Assembly (NCBI RefSeq): GCF_009914755.1
Contig: NC_060929.1
Origin: the human T2T-CHM13v2.0 reference genome, Homo sapiens
Direction: 5' to 3' (one strand)
DNA length: 64,000 nt
The notes under the pieces are model-generated. The model ran no database searches, was not told the DNA's origin, and saw nothing but the letters and a program-made list of their open reading frames with translations. A program made the translations under genes and the position numbers. This document shows, in pieces, positions 61,921 through 64,000 of the stretch (positions are counted from its first letter, which is position 1; the number at the start of each line of letters is the position of its first letter).

Positions 61921-64000
61921 GATATATTAGCATCAAATATTAGTTTGTTTATTAAGACTTTTTGGTATTGATATTTGTTCACTTTTCTCATTTTCCCTTT
62001 TAACTCAGTCCTACAAGGTGTTTAGTAAAAAACAAGGACAAAGAAGACTTGTTTTTTTCTTCCCCAAATCTTTGGTTTTACAAACAATGAGATTTGTGTC
62101 TCCTGGTTTTTGCCTTTTAATTCAATTCAGCAATAAGGTGAATGGGAAGGATTTGTATGTAATTTGTCTTGGAGGCTTAATTTCTCTTTGAAATAGTATT
62201 GTATGGGTCTAATGAGGATGATTGAGGAACGGATGGTCAAACAAGATAAAGGGAAGGAGTGGAAGAATTAGGTAAAATACAAGAGTAGGGGGTGGAGTTT
62301 GGATAAATGGGTCTAGGATTATAGGAGTTCTACTTCTAAAACTATAAAATCTTATCTGGAATTTTAAGAAACTTAACTGTCTGTGACATTGGAATCATCC
62401 AAAATGCTGAGTGGAATTTTCTTATTTCTTAGATAATAATTTGAGGACAGAGTTGTAGGAAAATTGAACAAAAGCTCCCTCTAAAAAAAAAGGTTAAAAA
62501 TTTAGATTTTTATTTTGCGAGTATTCACAATCTGCATGTAATCACTTTGAGAGAAACTTCAGTGTATCTTTTTAGCATGAGAAGAAACACAGGACCTTTC
62601 TATATGGTCTGTATGTTGATAGTCAAATAGAAGAGTTCTGCGAGCCCAACTGATTTTTAATAATGGTGGTTAAGCCTATGTATGAATAGATTTGATTTTC
62701 TTCTGCATAAGTTGTATAGTTAAAATTATTTATTGGAAGATGGTTTTGGAGAACAGTCTTTGAGAGTAAAGTTCGTATATTCATAAGAATTGAATTTCCT
62801 GTGCTGAGTTTAGTAGGTTCAGTGCTCCTGCAGATGGCAGTATTTATACTAATTAAACTTAATCCATGCTGTAACTTCCTTAACCAAATGAATTTTTCCA
62901 TTGCTTTCTTTCAACATTAGGGAAAATAAAATTATACATATAACTTTATTCAACATGCTTTCATGATCCAATGTTTTTATTTTAGTTTAAAAGTTAATAG
63001 AAAGTTTACTTTATTCTTTATATAAAATAGTAATTAAGAAATAAAGGTACTTTTCAATAATTGACACTATTTTTGTTTGCTTGTGTGAACATAGTTAAAT
63101 TGTATACAAACCCAGGAGTTTAATTTTACTTTTAGTCTCAGAGGTAGGAGAAATTTTTTTCCTGTCCTTTAGTGGGGAAAATAGTTTATTGTTACTATTT
63201 TTAATTTTTATAGAGTACCAACTAAGCTTAGTTTTTTCAGCTGAAAAAAATAAAAAAGTAAAAATTATTGCCCCTATACTTTTCTTCAGACTTTGGCCTT
63301 TTCCTCTAAAAGTTTTTAATTTTCTCAGTTAATCAGTTTTAGTTTTCCAGCTTTTCTTTTCATTCCCTTTTTAAAAATCACCATTGTAATGCATCATGAT
63401 GAGTCTTCATTCTTCTAAGAACTGTACATAATTTTCATTCTTTAATACAAGTACTACTTCTTTAGTTAGCTTAAATGATAGAAGTTTCTGCAGCCATCAG
63501 CCCAAGTAGTCATTAGTGGTATTAAAGGGGCTGTATGTTTCTTAATGTTTTAGCCTGCTTCCACAGTGTTCTAAGGCCATGGGGTTCCATAGAGCAGGCA
63601 CTAAACATGGATATTTTGGCATTAGTGAAATGCTACCTTCCTCTTCATCTTTGCCTTTCTTTTATTTAAAGTATTATTTGCAGTGGAATATTTGGATCCA
63701 TCTCATACCTTACTTTCTTCCTCTCCTCACCACCCCTAGCTTATTCCTTTTTTACTTCTGCATGGTTGTACTCCATGCCTCAGCTCCTGCATGTAGTTTC
63801 AACTTAGCGGCAGCATAGAGAAAGTGTCTTGTCAGTGTCATGCTGCATCTGCCTTTTACTGGTATCTAAGCAACAGCAGCATGGGTTTGATGTCCTGTGG
63901 GAAAATGTCCCACATGAGAATTTGTTATGTATGTGTAATGAAGGGGCTTTCTTTTGTTGAATTTAAACTCTTAAGACTCCTTCAATATGTTCAGAGCTGG

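Overview
Primate (human-like) genomic DNA. Positions ~1-42,500 are repeat-dense intergenic sequence: about 20 Alu elements and fragments, L1, L2, MIR, MaLR/ERV LTRs, a decayed ~5 kb hAT DNA-transposon fossil, and a tailless U2 snRNA retrocopy. From ~42,550 the window holds the CCAAT-rich CpG-island promoter and coding exons 1-5 of TCERG1 (CA150, + strand). These exons encode codons 1-378: the Pro/Met-rich N-terminus, WW1, a 38-unit Gln-Ala hexamer repeat and a Ser/Thr/Pro linker. The gene continues past the window end. All listed splice junctions are GT-AG and phase-consistent. I found no clearly new multi-gene system. The best leads are: a perfect 25-bp-arm palindrome in intron 1; the QA repeat unit CAGGCC being the reverse complement of the SCA36 GGCCTG unit, with a long open poly-Arg-Pro +1 frame; an overlapping uORF; a candidate stop-containing terminal exon in intron 4; competing inverted Alus around exons 2-5; and two motif-dense candidate enhancers. 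Repeat family names come from memory of consensus sequences, and repeat boundaries are approximate.
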